A DNA stretch of 56,370 nt from Opitutaceae bacterium (GTDB lineage Bacteria > Verrucomicrobiota > Verrucomicrobiia > Opitutales > Opitutaceae), in the NCBI GenBank assembly GCA_016793535.1, contig JAEUHA010000411.1, positions 1-56,370 on the forward strand. Reading direction: 5' to 3'. Below, piece by piece: positions 12,290 to 24,644 of this stretch. The position numbers and the translations under genes are program-made. The notes under the pieces are model-generated. The model had not been told where the DNA came from. It worked only from the letters and a program-made list of their open reading frames with translations, and ran no database searches. Positions within the stretch are counted from its first letter, which is position 1. The number at the start of each line of letters is the position of its first letter.

Positions 12290-14158
12290 CTACGCCGACT
12301 CCCCTCCCCTCGCCGCCACATGCACCATGAGGATGCTGATATCAGCAGGATTGACCCCGCTGATGCGACTGGCCTGCCCTAGCGTCAGGGGCTTGATCTC
12401 AGCCAGCTTCAGGGCGCTTTCCTTACGCAACCCACGAATATCCATGTAGTTTAGTTGTGCCGGGAGTCGGACATGGTCGATCTGGGCCAGCTTCTCGACC
12501 TGACGTTCTTCACGGGCCAGATAACCTTGGTAATGAATACGATATAGCACTTCGTCTTGCAAGGCCGCCGTCTCCCGCTGCAGGTCCGGATGCGTGCGGG
12601 CCAGCGTGCGATCCCGACGGATCCCGTCGGCCCATGATCCACCTGAGTATCGCTCTGTTTCCAAACGCTTTATCCAAGTGTTGAGACGGGTGCGCTTTTC
12701 CTCGATGCGCTTCAATCGAGAGTCCGGCAGGAGTCCATGTGCCCGGGCGTGGTGCGCGAGCCGGAGCTCAGCACTACCGTGATTCAGCAATAGTCGGTGC
12801 TCGGCCCGGCTCGTGAACATCCGATACGGCTCATTGGTTCCTTTGGTAACCAAGTCATCGATCAATACTCCCGTGTAAGCTTCGTGGCGATGAATTATGA
12901 GAGGCGACCCTCCCCTCACCTTGTTGACGGCATTCACCCCGGCCACGAGACCCTGACAGGCTGCTTCCTCATAACCCGACGTACCATTGATCTGACCGGC
13001 GAAAAAGAGCGCCTCGACCTTCTTCGATTCCAGTGACGCATAGAGCTGAGTTGGCGGGGCAAAGTCATATTCAACCGCGTAGGCCGGACGGAGCAAAACG
13101 GCATTCTCCAAGCCTGGAATCGTACGGACCATGCGCAGTTGCACATCGAAGGGCAGACTTGTTGACAGGCCATTCACATAAAATTCGTTCGTCGCCCTCC
13201 CCTCTGGCTCAAGGAAAAGGAGATGCCGCGGCTTGTCCGCAAACCGTACGAATTTGTCCTCGATACTTGGGCAATACCTTGGTCCGACGCCTTCTATCTC
13301 GCCACTATACATGGCCGACAGATGCAGGTTGTCCCGAACGATCTGGGCAGTCTCGGGCGTCGTGTACGTCATCCAGCAGGAAACTTGTTCACAACCCGGA
13401 ACCCAACCTAACCGTCGTTCTCCGGTGTGTTCCACGTGGAACAATTCCTGATCCTCCCGCGTATCATAAAACGCAAAGAAGGTCGGGTCTGGATCCCCTT
13501 TCTGCTCCTGCATCCTGCTGAAGTCAATCGAGCGTCCCAGCAGTCGGGGCGGCGTCCCCGTCTTTAAACGCCGCAGCTCGATCCCAGCCTCCACAAAGCT
13601 AGCCGAAAGCGTCTTGGCTGAAAAATCTCCCAGGCGCCCACCTTCGTTCTTGTTTTGCCCGATGTGCATCAAGCCCCGCAAGAATGTCCCCGTGGTCACC
13701 ACAATCGCCTGACCGCGGAACTCGATATCAAGGTTCGTGCGGCATCCGACCACTCGGCCACGCTCAAACACCAAGCCAGTCACCGTCGCTTGGAAGATCT
13801 GGAGATTGGACTGCAGCTCGAGGGTGTGCTTCAACCGAAACTGGTAGGCCTTCTTGTCACATTGGGCCCGCGGCGACTGGACTGCAGGGCCCTTGGACTC
13901 ATTGAGCAGGCGGAACTGGATTCCCGTCACATCGGTATTGATGGCCATCTCGCCACCCAGTGCGTCAATTTCCCGCACAATCTGGCCCTTGGCCTGGCCA
14001 CCGATGGCCGGATTGCAGCTCATCTGGGCAATCGTATCGATGTTGCCGGTGAGGAGCAGGGTAGAGGCGCCCATGCGCGCGGCCGCCAGGGCCGCCTCGA
14101 CTCCGGCATGGCCGGCACCGCATACGATAACCTCAAAATGTTTGTCCCGGTAGATCAC
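12290..14158 (-). CDS. mnmG: tRNA uridine-5-carboxymethylaminomethyl synthesis enzyme MnmG (GidA)
   Basis: [60 protein letters not shown] and [11 protein letters not shown]. Start probably GTG at 14158. Confidence 0.97.
   Translation of the reverse strand: MIYRDKHFEVIVCGAGHAGVEAALAAARMGASTLLLTGNIDTIAQMSCNPAIGGQAKGQIVREIDALGGEMAINTDVTGIQFRLLNESKGPAVQSPRAQCDKKAYQFRLKHTLELQSNLQIFQATVTGLVFERGRVVGCRTNLDIEFRGQAIVVTTGTFLRGLMHIGQNKNEGGRLGDFSAKTLSASFVEAGIELRRLKTGTPPRLLGRSIDFSRMQEQKGDPDPTFFAFYDTREDQELFHVEHTGERRLGWVPGCEQVSCWMTYTTPETAQIVRDNLHLSAMYSGEIEGVGPRYCPSIEDKFVRFADKPRHLLFLEPEGRATNEFYVNGLSTSLPFDVQLRMVRTIPGLENAVLLRPAYAVEYDFAPPTQLYASLESKKVEALFFAGQINGTSGYEEAACQGLVAGVNAVNKVRGGSPLIIHRHEAYTGVLIDDLVTKGTNEPYRMFTSRAEHRLLLNHGSAELRLAHHARAHGLLPDSRLKRIEEKRTRLNTWIKRLETERYSGGSWADGIRRDRTLARTHPDLQRETAALQDEVLYRIHYQGYLAREERQVEKLAQIDHVRLPAQLNYMDIRGLRKESALKLAEIKPLTLGQASRISGVNPADISILMVHVAARGGESA
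13428..13443. other. parS centromere-like site (ParB binding) inside mnmG
   Basis: Perfect 16-bp palindrome TGTTCCACGTGGAACA, matching the parS consensus TGTTNCACGTGNAACA. Confidence 0.88.
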
Positions 14159-14214
14159 GATGAATACATCTGCTGCTCCCGTCGGAGCGGCGACCCATTT
14201 CGGTTCACCGTCGA

Positions 14215-15567
14215 CTACTTGCCGATACAAAAGGTGGCGAACAGGTGGTCCAGCATCCGTTCGTTGTCCACTTTCCCCGTTATCTCGCCGTATGCGGCGA
14301 GCACGGCACGCAAATCACTCGCGACCAACTCAGTGGCCTCGCCATGGATCAGCTTGTCGCGGGCACTCGCCAAACCAGCCTGCGCCTCTGTCAAGGCGTG
14401 AGCATGTCGGGCATTGATCGCGACCGTTTCGCCCCCAGCAGCCGCACAAAACTGTTCAGCCCTCGCGACTATGGCAGCCACCAGTGTTTCCACGCCCGCA
14501 CCCGTCAGGGCAGAAACTCGCACCAGTTCGCGGCCCTTTTCGCGAAGATCAGACGCTGCCTCTCCATCCCTTAAGTCACTCTTGTTTAACACTATAATGG
14601 CATTCCTAGCCGCTAGAAGTTCAGCATACTTCTCCGGCAGCACATTCCGGCTGGCGTCGAGGACCAGCAGCATCAGATCCGCCTCGGCGAGCTGCTCCAT
14701 CGTCTTCGCCATGCCCAGCTTTTCGAGCGGGGCAGGGGAGGGGTTAAGGCCCGCGGTATCGATCAGGCGCAGGCAATGCGGTCCGACCAGGATGCGCTCC
14801 TCGAGAAAATCCCGGGTTGTGCCCGGTTCGGGACTGACCAACGCGCGGTCCCGACCAATGAGCCGATTCAGCAAGCTGCTCTTGCCCACGTTGGGTTCCC
14901 CGACGATCACGGTCTTGATCCCATCACGCAGCAATTCCCCGTAATGGCTGGTGGCGAGCAACCTATCCGTCTCCAGGCTCAGTCGCTCCAGTTCACCCCG
15001 GACCCTCGTGAGATCCTCCGCCGGCAAATCCTCATCGGGAAAGTCAACGTACGCCTCGATTCGCGCCAGGACCGCCAGGAGCGACTCGACCAAACCGTGC
15101 ATTCGCCGACCCAGCGCGCCCCGCAATTGCTGATTCGCCGCCTGGAGCGCGCGCTCACTGCGCGCGTGGATGACGTCCATCACTGCCTCCGCCTGACTCA
15201 GGTCCATCTTTCCATTCAGGAAAGCCCGTTGGGTAAACTCACCCGGACCGGCCGGCCGGCAGCCGCGGGCCAGGAGATCCTCGAGAATCTGCTGCGCAAT
15301 GAAGGGATTCCCATGGCAGGAGATCTCCATCGTATCCTCGCCCGTGTAGCTTTTCGGACCGTGGTAAAACGTGGCCACGACGTCGTCGAGGAGCTCACCC
15401 GAGCGGCTCCGGTAACCCAGCCGTCGCGCCACCCGGGGCGGGGGAGAGGCACCGCCGAGTTCCGTCGCCAGCCGCCGTGTATCCGGTCCGGTAATACGTA
15501 GCACCGCCAGCGCGGCGGTGCCCGCGGGCGTGGCGAAGGCGGCGATCGTGTCGGCGTGGCGCGGCAT
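14215..15567 (-). CDS. mnmE: tRNA modification GTPase MnmE (TrmE)
   Basis: [54 protein letters not shown] and C-terminal FCIGK. Confidence 0.97.
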   Translation of the reverse strand: MPRHADTIAAFATPAGTAALAVLRITGPDTRRLATELGGASPPPRVARRLGYRSRSGELLDDVVATFYHGPKSYTGEDTMEISCHGNPFIAQQILEDLLARGCRPAGPGEFTQRAFLNGKMDLSQAEAVMDVIHARSERALQAANQQLRGALGRRMHGLVESLLAVLARIEAYVDFPDEDLPAEDLTRVRGELERLSLETDRLLATSHYGELLRDGIKTVIVGEPNVGKSSLLNRLIGRDRALVSPEPGTTRDFLEERILVGPHCLRLIDTAGLNPSPAPLEKLGMAKTMEQLAEADLMLLVLDASRNVLPEKYAELLAARNAIIVLNKSDLRDGEAASDLREKGRELVRVSALTGAGVETLVAAIVARAEQFCAAAGGETVAINARHAHALTEAQAGLASARDKLIHGEATELVASDLRAVLAAYGEITGKVDNERMLDHLFATFCIGK

Positions 15568-15646
15568 GACGGAAGTCCGCCACGCTTCGCCGCCCATCCC
15601 GCCAAGTCAAACGTCCGGGCCGCCGCCTCGCGGGCCGTCCAACGGC

Positions 15647-16894
<1,248 letters not shown>

Positions 16895-16911
16895 GGAAAA
16901 GCAGGAGGGGA

Positions 16912-19278
16912 CTAATCGAGCGCCTTGAGCGCACTGACGAGATCGATATCGGCGAGTTTGCGCGCCGCGAACAGGGCCGAGAAAGCAGACGCGAGCGCCA
17001 CCACGAGCACGGCGAACGCATAGTTCGCCGATGTGAGCACGAGCGGCAGCCGCACGGTCTCGGTGTTGACGGTCGAGATGATGCCGCGCGCAAAGCCCGA
17101 GCCGAGCAGCAGCCCGAGCGGCAGGGCGACCAGCGTGAGCAGCACGAGCTCACCCACCAGCACGGCGCCGACTTCGCCCCGGCTGAAGCCGAGCACGCGC
17201 AGCGTCGCGAGCTCCCGCGCCCGCTCCGAGAGCGAAATGCGCGCGCTGTTGTAGATGATGCCGAACGCCACGATCGTCGCGAACATCATGTAGATCTTCT
17301 GCAGCAGCCCGATGCTCTCGGCCGTGGTCTTGCGAAAGCCGTCGCGCAGCGAGTCCTTGATCACGCAACCGGCGATCCGGGGCGTCTCCTTCACCGCGGC
17401 GAGGAAGGCCGGCCAGTGCGCCTTGTCGACCACCACGTGGGCGCCCGAGATGCGGTCGCCCTCGAGCAGCAGCCGATTCAGCGCGCGGATTTCCATGTAC
17501 GCCGCCATGCCGGCAAAGTCCTCGGCCAGACCGATGATCGGCACCCGCAGCTCGCGCTCGCGGCCTTCCAGCACGCGGGCGACGATCTCGTCGCCGGGCC
17601 GCACCTGCAGGATCGACGCGAGCTTCGCGGAAACGATGATGCCCCGGTCGGGCAGGACGAGCTGCTGCGGCCGGGCATCGATCACCCGGTTCAACGTGCC
17701 CTGCGCGGGCAGCCCCTGCAGGGCCAGTCGCCGCACCACCGGGCCGGCGCGCAGTTCCACCGGGACATAGCGAAACGGTTCCGCCCACACGACGCCGGGC
17801 ATGTGCCGGAAGTCGGCCAGCGCCCGCGGCGGCCCGGGTTCCACCAGTGACAACGTCACCGTCTGCCGCTGCACGATGTCCCATTGGAAATCGATCACGT
17901 ACGCGACGCCGTCGCGAAACGAGTTCGGCACGATCAGGATCGCGGTCGCGAGCGCGAGCGCCAGGCAGGTCAGCCCGCTGCGCACCGGCCGCCGCTGGAT
18001 GTTCCGCAACGCCATCCGGAACGACGCGCTGAACCAGCGCGACAGGCCGAGCCGTTCCACGATGGCCGGCTGATACCGAGCGGGCGCCTCGGGCCGCATC
18101 GCCTCCGCGGGCGGGAGACGTACCGCGCGGCGCACCGCCCCCGCGACACCGATGAACGCGGCAAGGGCGCTCACCACCGACGCCGCCACGAGCACGCGTT
18201 GATCGAGCAGGAATTCGAGCTGGGGAAAACGAAAGAAGAGATGGTACATGCCGACCAGCCGCGTCCCGAGCCCGATGCCGCCCAGCGTGCCGAGTCCCAC
18301 GCCCGCGACGACGATGGCGAGTGAGAATTTGAAGTAGTGCGCACCGACCTGGCGGTTGCTGAAGCCGCACGCCTTGAGCATTGCGATCTGCTCGCGCTGG
18401 AGCGCGATCTGCCGGCTCATCACCGAATTCGTCATGAACGCCGCGACACTGAGAAACACGAGGGGGAACGCGACGGAGAGTCCCTGGAGCACGCGGATCT
18501 CGTCGTCGACGCGCCGGTGCGACGGGTGATCGATCCGACCATAGGCGCCCCGCGCGCCATAGGGCGCGAGCACGCGGTCGATGGCCGCGATCACGTCGCG
18601 CTCCGACGCCCCCGGCGCGAGCGTCACTGCGACGGAGTTGAAGGCCCCGTACATCTGGAACGCCGTCGCGAGTTCCTTGTACGGCATCCAGAATACGCCG
18701 TAGGTCTTGTTGTCGGGCAGCGCGGCGTTGGGCGGCGCCTCGAACACGAACTCGGGCGACAGCACGATCCCCGAAAGGCGGAACGTCTCCTTCGCCCCGT
18801 TGAGCACGGCTGAAATCGTATCACCCGGCTTCAATCCGTGCGCCGCTGCGAAGGCCTCGCCGACCGCGATCTCATGCGTCGTCGTGCGACCCGCGGGCAA
18901 TTTGCCGGTGCGGAGATAGAGCCGGTTCAGCACGAGCTCGCCACGCTCCGGCAGGGAATTGATCAGGCCCACCGCAGGCTCCGGCAGGCCGGGCACATCG
19001 AGTGTCACCTGAATGGCGATACCGGTCTGGACCGCGGCCACGCCGGGGATCGCCGCCAGCTCGTCGCGCACGGCGTTCGGAGCGCGCTTGAGCCGCGCGA
19101 AGACCTCCGCGAAACGATGCTCCTCGTAATAGGTGTCCCGCGTCTGCTCGAGCGAGAGGATCAGCGAGCGCGTCATGATCATCATGGCCAGGCCGCAGGC
19201 CATCACGAGGGCGACGGCGATCGCCTGGGACTTCAGCGCGCGCAGATCGCGCAGGAGTTTGCGATCGAGCAGGCTCAT
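16912..19278 (-). CDS. ABC exporter permease, FtsX/MacB-like with duplicated halves
   Basis: Two FtsX repeats (QREQIAMLKACGFS and ERARELATLRVLGFS) with large periplasmic loops. Confidence 0.9.
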   Translation of the reverse strand: MSLLDRKLLRDLRALKSQAIAVALVMACGLAMMIMTRSLILSLEQTRDTYYEEHRFAEVFARLKRAPNAVRDELAAIPGVAAVQTGIAIQVTLDVPGLPEPAVGLINSLPERGELVLNRLYLRTGKLPAGRTTTHEIAVGEAFAAAHGLKPGDTISAVLNGAKETFRLSGIVLSPEFVFEAPPNAALPDNKTYGVFWMPYKELATAFQMYGAFNSVAVTLAPGASERDVIAAIDRVLAPYGARGAYGRIDHPSHRRVDDEIRVLQGLSVAFPLVFLSVAAFMTNSVMSRQIALQREQIAMLKACGFSNRQVGAHYFKFSLAIVVAGVGLGTLGGIGLGTRLVGMYHLFFRFPQLEFLLDQRVLVAASVVSALAAFIGVAGAVRRAVRLPPAEAMRPEAPARYQPAIVERLGLSRWFSASFRMALRNIQRRPVRSGLTCLALALATAILIVPNSFRDGVAYVIDFQWDIVQRQTVTLSLVEPGPPRALADFRHMPGVVWAEPFRYVPVELRAGPVVRRLALQGLPAQGTLNRVIDARPQQLVLPDRGIIVSAKLASILQVRPGDEIVARVLEGRERELRVPIIGLAEDFAGMAAYMEIRALNRLLLEGDRISGAHVVVDKAHWPAFLAAVKETPRIAGCVIKDSLRDGFRKTTAESIGLLQKIYMMFATIVAFGIIYNSARISLSERARELATLRVLGFSRGEVGAVLVGELVLLTLVALPLGLLLGSGFARGIISTVNTETVRLPLVLTSANYAFAVLVVALASAFSALFAARKLADIDLVSALKALD

Positions 19279-19285
19279 GCTGCGT

Positions 19286-20041
19286 TCACCACGCCAGCGA
19301 ACGGATCGCGGCGCGCTGCCGGTTCTCGCGCCGGTTCACGATGCGTCCGTCGGACAACGTGAAGACCCGGTCCGCCATGTCGGCGAGGATCGCGTTGTGC
19401 GTGATGATCACGGCGAGCGTCCCGATCTCCCGGTTAATGCGTTCGATCGCCTCGAGCACCGTGATGCCGGTGTGGACGTCGAGGGCGCCCGTCGGCTCGT
19501 CGCACAAGAGGACCTCGGGCCGCTTGGCAATCGCGCGGGCAATGGCCACGCGCTGCTGTTCCCCGCCGGAAAGCTGCGCCGGAAAATGATCCATGCGATC
19601 CGCGAGATCGACGAGCGCGAGCGCCTCCTCGGGCGCCATCGGGTCGTGGCAGATTTCCGTGATGAGCGCGACGTTCTCGCGGGCGGTGAGGCTCGGGATC
19701 AGGTTGTAGGCTTGGAAAACGAAGCCGACGGCGTCGCGGCGAAAGACCGTCAGCTCGTCCTCGTCGAACTCGGCGAGATTCGCGCCGCGATAGAGCAGGG
19801 TGCCGCGCGTGGGCGAATCAAGTCCACCCAGTTGGTTGAGCAGCGTCGACTTGCCACTGCCCGACGCGCCCAGCAGCACGATCAGTTCGCCGGCCAGGAG
19901 ATCCAGGTCGATTCCGGCCAGCGCCGTGACCGCCGCGGAGCCATCCCCATAGATGCGCGCCAGGTCGCGCACATGGAACAGGGTCTCCGCGGCAGCGCGG
20001 GACGGCGCCGGTGACGAGTGCTGGGAGTCCTTTGACGGCAT
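19286..20041 (-). CDS. ABC transporter ATP-binding protein (LolD/MacB-like)
   Basis: [22 protein letters not shown] and [11 protein letters not shown]. Probable start is the ATG at 20041. Confidence 0.93.
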   Translation of the reverse strand: MPSKDSQHSSPAPSRAAAETLFHVRDLARIYGDGSAAVTALAGIDLDLLAGELIVLLGASGSGKSTLLNQLGGLDSPTRGTLLYRGANLAEFDEDELTVFRRDAVGFVFQAYNLIPSLTARENVALITEICHDPMAPEEALALVDLADRMDHFPAQLSGGEQQRVAIARAIAKRPEVLLCDEPTGALDVHTGITVLEAIERINREIGTLAVIITHNAILADMADRVFTLSDGRIVNRRENRQRAAIRSLAW

Positions 20042-20105
20042 GACGCGGGCGGAAACTGAAATCCAGTTCCCCGCCCACGGCAACGGGCAAACCGTCACCG
20101 CCCCT

Positions 20106-20825
20106 TCACTTGGCCCGCAACGGCGCGGGCGGAGGAAGGAAATCGACGACCTGCTTGCCGGAAAATTCCTGTTCGATCTCCTTCGCACGGCGTTCGCCCT
20201 TGGCGATCCAGGGCGGGTACGACGACTTGAGTTGGGCCCGCAAGGCCTGCTCCGTCTGGCCGTCAGCGCCCTTTTGCCGGGCCACGATCAACCAGCCGAG
20301 GGCCTCGCCGTAGTCGCGCTTTACCCCCAGGCCGTTCGTGTAGGCGGCGCCGATGTTGAAAAAGGCCTCCTTTTCACCGCCGGCGGCGCCGGCGCGAAAA
20401 TAAGCCAGGGCGCGGTCGGGATCCTTGGTGACGCCACGCTCACCGTGGGCGAGCAGCATCCCAATCCGGAAGGCGGCGGCGGAATGGCCCGCCCGGGCCG
20501 CTTTCTCGAGCAGGGTGACGCCGCGGGCTTCGTCCGCCGGCACGCCGTCGCCGCGCAGGAGCATTTCTCCGAGTTGCGCCTCGGCCTTGGGATTCCCCTT
20601 GGCGACGGCCTGTTGCAGCTCCTTGAGGTCCGCCCAACTGTCGCCTCCCGCACCGCCCGTGCGCGACATCAGGACCGGCGCCGAGTCCTTCTCCTTGGTT
20701 TCCTTCGCCTTGGCGGCGAAAACCGCAGGCGCCAGGGAGCCGCCGATGACCGCGAGTGCGAGCGAAGCGCCGACGCGGGTCAGCCGGACACGGGAGAGAA
20801 GCGGGAAGCGGGAAGACGTGCGCAT
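20106..20825 (-). CDS. Exported Sel1-like repeat protein
   Basis: Signal-like N-terminus and three SLR repeats ([58 protein letters not shown]). Confidence 0.85.
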   Translation of the reverse strand: MRTSSRFPLLSRVRLTRVGASLALAVIGGSLAPAVFAAKAKETKEKDSAPVLMSRTGGAGGDSWADLKELQQAVAKGNPKAEAQLGEMLLRGDGVPADEARGVTLLEKAARAGHSAAAFRIGMLLAHGERGVTKDPDRALAYFRAGAAGGEKEAFFNIGAAYTNGLGVKRDYGEALGWLIVARQKGADGQTEQALRAQLKSSYPPWIAKGERRAKEIEQEFSGKQVVDFLPPPAPLRAK

Positions 20826-20895
20826 GGTCGGAGGTGAGCACGTTGGACCGCACAAACCGACCCTCCGTTCCCGCAACCGGCTGAAGGTGAGGCGG

Positions 20896-22014
<1,119 letters not shown>

Positions 22015-22123
22015 GGCAGGCTTGGATTCGACGGACAGGAGGGTGATGGAAAAAGTTCGGTTCGCAGCGTGGAAGCCGTCGGCGGCGAATCAAGGGCGGA
22101 CCGGACGAATTCCGGGTATTAGG

Positions 22124-22137
22124 TGTTCAGGTGAACA
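22124..22137. promoter_or_regulatory. LexA (SOS) box, Verrucomicrobia type TGTTC-N4-GAACA, in the recA promoter
   Basis: TGTTC-AGGT-GAACA lies between a minus-strand TTGACG (-35, 22143-22138) and TAATAC (-10-like, 22121-22116), upstream of recA. Confidence 0.85.
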
Positions 22138-22263
22138 CGTCAAGGCTGGAGTCGCGAACCGGGGCGGGAGTGATGCGCCGCCGCGTGCACGAGGCATCCT
22201 GCCCGGGGTCTCCCGCGGAGGCAGAAACCGGATGCCCCCGCTGCGCGCTGCCTCAGTCGGCGG

Positions 22264-22434
22264 CATGCAGTTGAAAGCCGAGAGTTGAGAGACCAGACGG
22301 GTGACCCGCCGGTAAAGAACAACGGGTTGGCAGACGGAAGCCGAAGCACCTTTCGCTGCGGGCTGCCGGCGGGCAGCGATTCAAGCCCGCGCCCGCGGCG
22401 GCACGTCTTTCAACTCTCCTCTTTCAACGGCATG
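22264..22434. repeat. ~171-bp dispersed element with heptamer-built terminal inverted repeats, copy 1 (MITE-like)
   Basis: Left arm CATGCAGTTGAAAGCCGAGAGTTGAGAGAC versus the right arm reverse complement CATGCCGTTGAAAGAGGAGAGTTGAAAGAC. The internal core is clearly homologous to 45629-45800. Confidence 0.8.
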
Positions 22435-22452
22435 AACCCGGCTCAGCCTCGA

Positions 22453-23673
22453 CTACCAGCTCAGCCAGAAAACTCCCAGGGCAAGCGTCACGATCGCGAT
22501 CGGCAGTCCTGCTTTCAGATATTCGCCGAAGGTCAGCTGGATGCCCCGCCGCCGCGCGATCTCGGCGACGATCAGATTGGCGACCGAGCCCAGCAGGGTG
22601 AGGTTTCCCGCCAGGGTGGTGGCCATCGCGAGGGTGAGCCACGCCGTCTCGGCATTCGCCAGCGTGGGCACGACGGGCCGGAAGAGCATCACGGCCGGGA
22701 CATTCGACACGAGATTGCTCAACACCACCGCCACGACGGTAAGCGGGGCCGGACCGCCGTCGGCCCAGGGCCGCAGCCACGCGAACAGGCCCGCGCCCAG
22801 CCCGGACGTTTCGATCGCCCCGGTAACGACAAACAGCGACGCGAAGAATACGAGCAGGCCCCAATCGATGCCCTCGAACGACTGCTCCGGATCGCGCCGC
22901 CGGCTGATGAGCAGCAACGCCGCTGCTGCCAAGGCCGCGAGCGGAATCGGCGCGCCGGCCACGAAGCCGACGAGCATGAGCCCCGTCGCCAGCATCGCCT
23001 TGCGCAGCAGCGGACGGTACTCCTGTGGTGGCAGCGTGACCTCGCCGTTCAACTCGGCGGGCGCAAACTCGGCCCGGTAGACGACGATCATCACGAGCCA
23101 GATCACCGCGAGTCCGCCGAGCGCGATGGGCGCAAGCGCGAGCGTGAAATCGACGAACGAGAGGCCCGACGCGATGCCGACCAGCATGTTCTGCGGATTG
23201 CCGGTGATGGTGGCGACCGAGCCGACGTTGGCCGCCGTCACGAGGGCCACGAGGTAGGGCAGGGGATTGCGCCGGAGCGCCACCGCCAGCTCCAGCACGA
23301 GCGGCGTCATCATCAGCGCGATGGTGTCGTTGAGGAAGATCGCCGACAGCACGCCCGAGACGACGATGACGAGGGCGAGCAGCCGGCGCGGCGTGCGCGC
23401 GAGCTTCACCACCCGTGAGGTGATCAGGTGAAAGAAGCCCGCGATCCGCAGGTTCACGTTGAGCACCATCATCGCGAAGAGCAGCACGATCGTGTTCCAG
23501 TCGATCGCCAGGTAGGCCGTCTCGAGCGGAATCGCGCCGATCGCGATCAGCGCCGTCGCACCGACCAGCGCAATCGTCGCCCGGTTCATGCGCAGCCAGG
23601 GCCAGCGGCCGATGGCCACGCCGATCAGCGTGAGGGCGACGATGATCGCCGTGAGCGTTTGGAGGCCGGTCAC
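22453..23673 (-). CDS. ArsB/NhaD/CitMHS-family anion transporter
   Basis: IDWNTIVLLFAMM, FLNDT, ANVGSVATITGNPQN, SNLVSNVPA and TLAGNLTLLGSVANLIV. The real start is probably GTG at 23673, overlapping the upstream TGA (GTGA). Confidence 0.9.
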   Translation of the reverse strand: MTGLQTLTAIIVALTLIGVAIGRWPWLRMNRATIALVGATALIAIGAIPLETAYLAIDWNTIVLLFAMMVLNVNLRIAGFFHLITSRVVKLARTPRRLLALVIVVSGVLSAIFLNDTIALMMTPLVLELAVALRRNPLPYLVALVTAANVGSVATITGNPQNMLVGIASGLSFVDFTLALAPIALGGLAVIWLVMIVVYRAEFAPAELNGEVTLPPQEYRPLLRKAMLATGLMLVGFVAGAPIPLAALAAAALLLISRRRDPEQSFEGIDWGLLVFFASLFVVTGAIETSGLGAGLFAWLRPWADGGPAPLTVVAVVLSNLVSNVPAVMLFRPVVPTLANAETAWLTLAMATTLAGNLTLLGSVANLIVAEIARRRGIQLTFGEYLKAGLPIAIVTLALGVFWLSW

Positions 23674-24644
23674 CGCTGGTAATACTCGCGAAACCAGGCC
23701 ACGAACCGCCGCAGGCCTTCCTCCAGCGCCACCTTGGGCGCGAACTGGATCGCGGCCTGGACCCGCGTGAGGTCGGCGCAGGTCTCGAACATGTCGCCCG
23801 GCTGCGGCGGGAGCAGCTCGACCTCCGCCTTCTTCTCGAGGAGCGCCTCGAGCATTCGCACGAAAAGGAGGGTCTCGACCGGGCGATGGTGCCCGAGATT
23901 GAATACGCGCACCGGGGGCGTCGGGCGCTGGGCAGGCGGGTAGAGCAGGATCTTCACGATCCCGTCGACGATGTCGTCGACATAAGTGAAATCGCGCAGG
24001 TTCTGCCCGCGATTGAAGAGTCGCAGCGGCGTGCCGTCGGAAATCGCCCGCGCAAAGAGCGTCGGCGCCATGTCCGGCCGGCCCCACGGTCCGTACACCG
24101 TGAAGAAGCGCAGGCCCGTCAGGTTCAGGTCGTAATTATGCGCGTAGCTGTGCGCCATCACCTCGTTGGCCTTCTTCGTCGCGCCATAATACGAGATCGG
24201 CTGGTCGGTGTTGTCGTCCTCGCGAAACGGCGGTTTCGCCCCCGCCCCGTACACGCTGCTGCTCGAGGCGAACACGACGTGCTTGGGTGGCGTCCGCCGG
24301 CAGGCCTCGAGCACGCTGGCGAAGCCATCGAGGTTGTTCCGCGTGTAGGCCGCCGGCTGCTCCATGCTGAAACGCACGCCCGGCTGCGCCCCGAGGTGCA
24401 CGACGTAGTCCGGTTTGAAGTACGCCACCAACCCCGCGAACTTCTCCGCGTCGGCAAAATCGGCCTGCAGGAAGCGAAACTCCTCGTACGGCGCGAGCTG
24501 CTCCAGCCGCGCCCGCTTGAGCGCGACGTCGTAGTAGTCGCTCAGGATGTCCACGCCGAGCACTTCACAGCGCTTCGACTCTGCCAGCCGCCGCGCCGTG
24601 TGATAGCCGATGAAGCCGGCCGCGCCGGTCACGAGCACTTTCAT
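23670..24644 (-). CDS. NAD-dependent epimerase, UDP-glucuronate 4-epimerase-like (extended SDR)
   Basis: TGAAGFIG, ASSSSVYG, YGATK and LRFFTVYGPWGRPDMA. Confidence 0.92.
   Translation of the reverse strand: MKVLVTGAAGFIGYHTARRLAESKRCEVLGVDILSDYYDVALKRARLEQLAPYEEFRFLQADFADAEKFAGLVAYFKPDYVVHLGAQPGVRFSMEQPAAYTRNNLDGFASVLEACRRTPPKHVVFASSSSVYGAGAKPPFREDDNTDQPISYYGATKKANEVMAHSYAHNYDLNLTGLRFFTVYGPWGRPDMAPTLFARAISDGTPLRLFNRGQNLRDFTYVDDIVDGIVKILLYPPAQRPTPPVRVFNLGHHRPVETLLFVRMLEALLEKKAEVELLPPQPGDMFETCADLTRVQAAIQFAPKVALEEGLRRFVAWFREYYQR

Noticed and set aside
12660-14640. oriC inside the mnmG/mnmE region
   Set aside because: Only scattered 1-2-mismatch DnaA-box-like 9-mers (e.g. TTGTTCACA, TTGTCCACT, TTATCCAAG), no intergenic cluster, and no switch in gene orientation across the region. 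Not supportable as oriC.
11100-15500. Horizontally acquired island as the cause of the low-GC stretch
   Set aside because: The stretch contains only core genes, its boundaries are gradual and fall inside atpB and mnmE, and there is no integrase, tRNA or direct repeat.
23674-24087. N-terminal extension of the 544-aa transporter ORF
   Set aside because: It overlaps the epimerase gene in another frame; a GTGA stop/start overlap at 23670-23673 gives the natural start.
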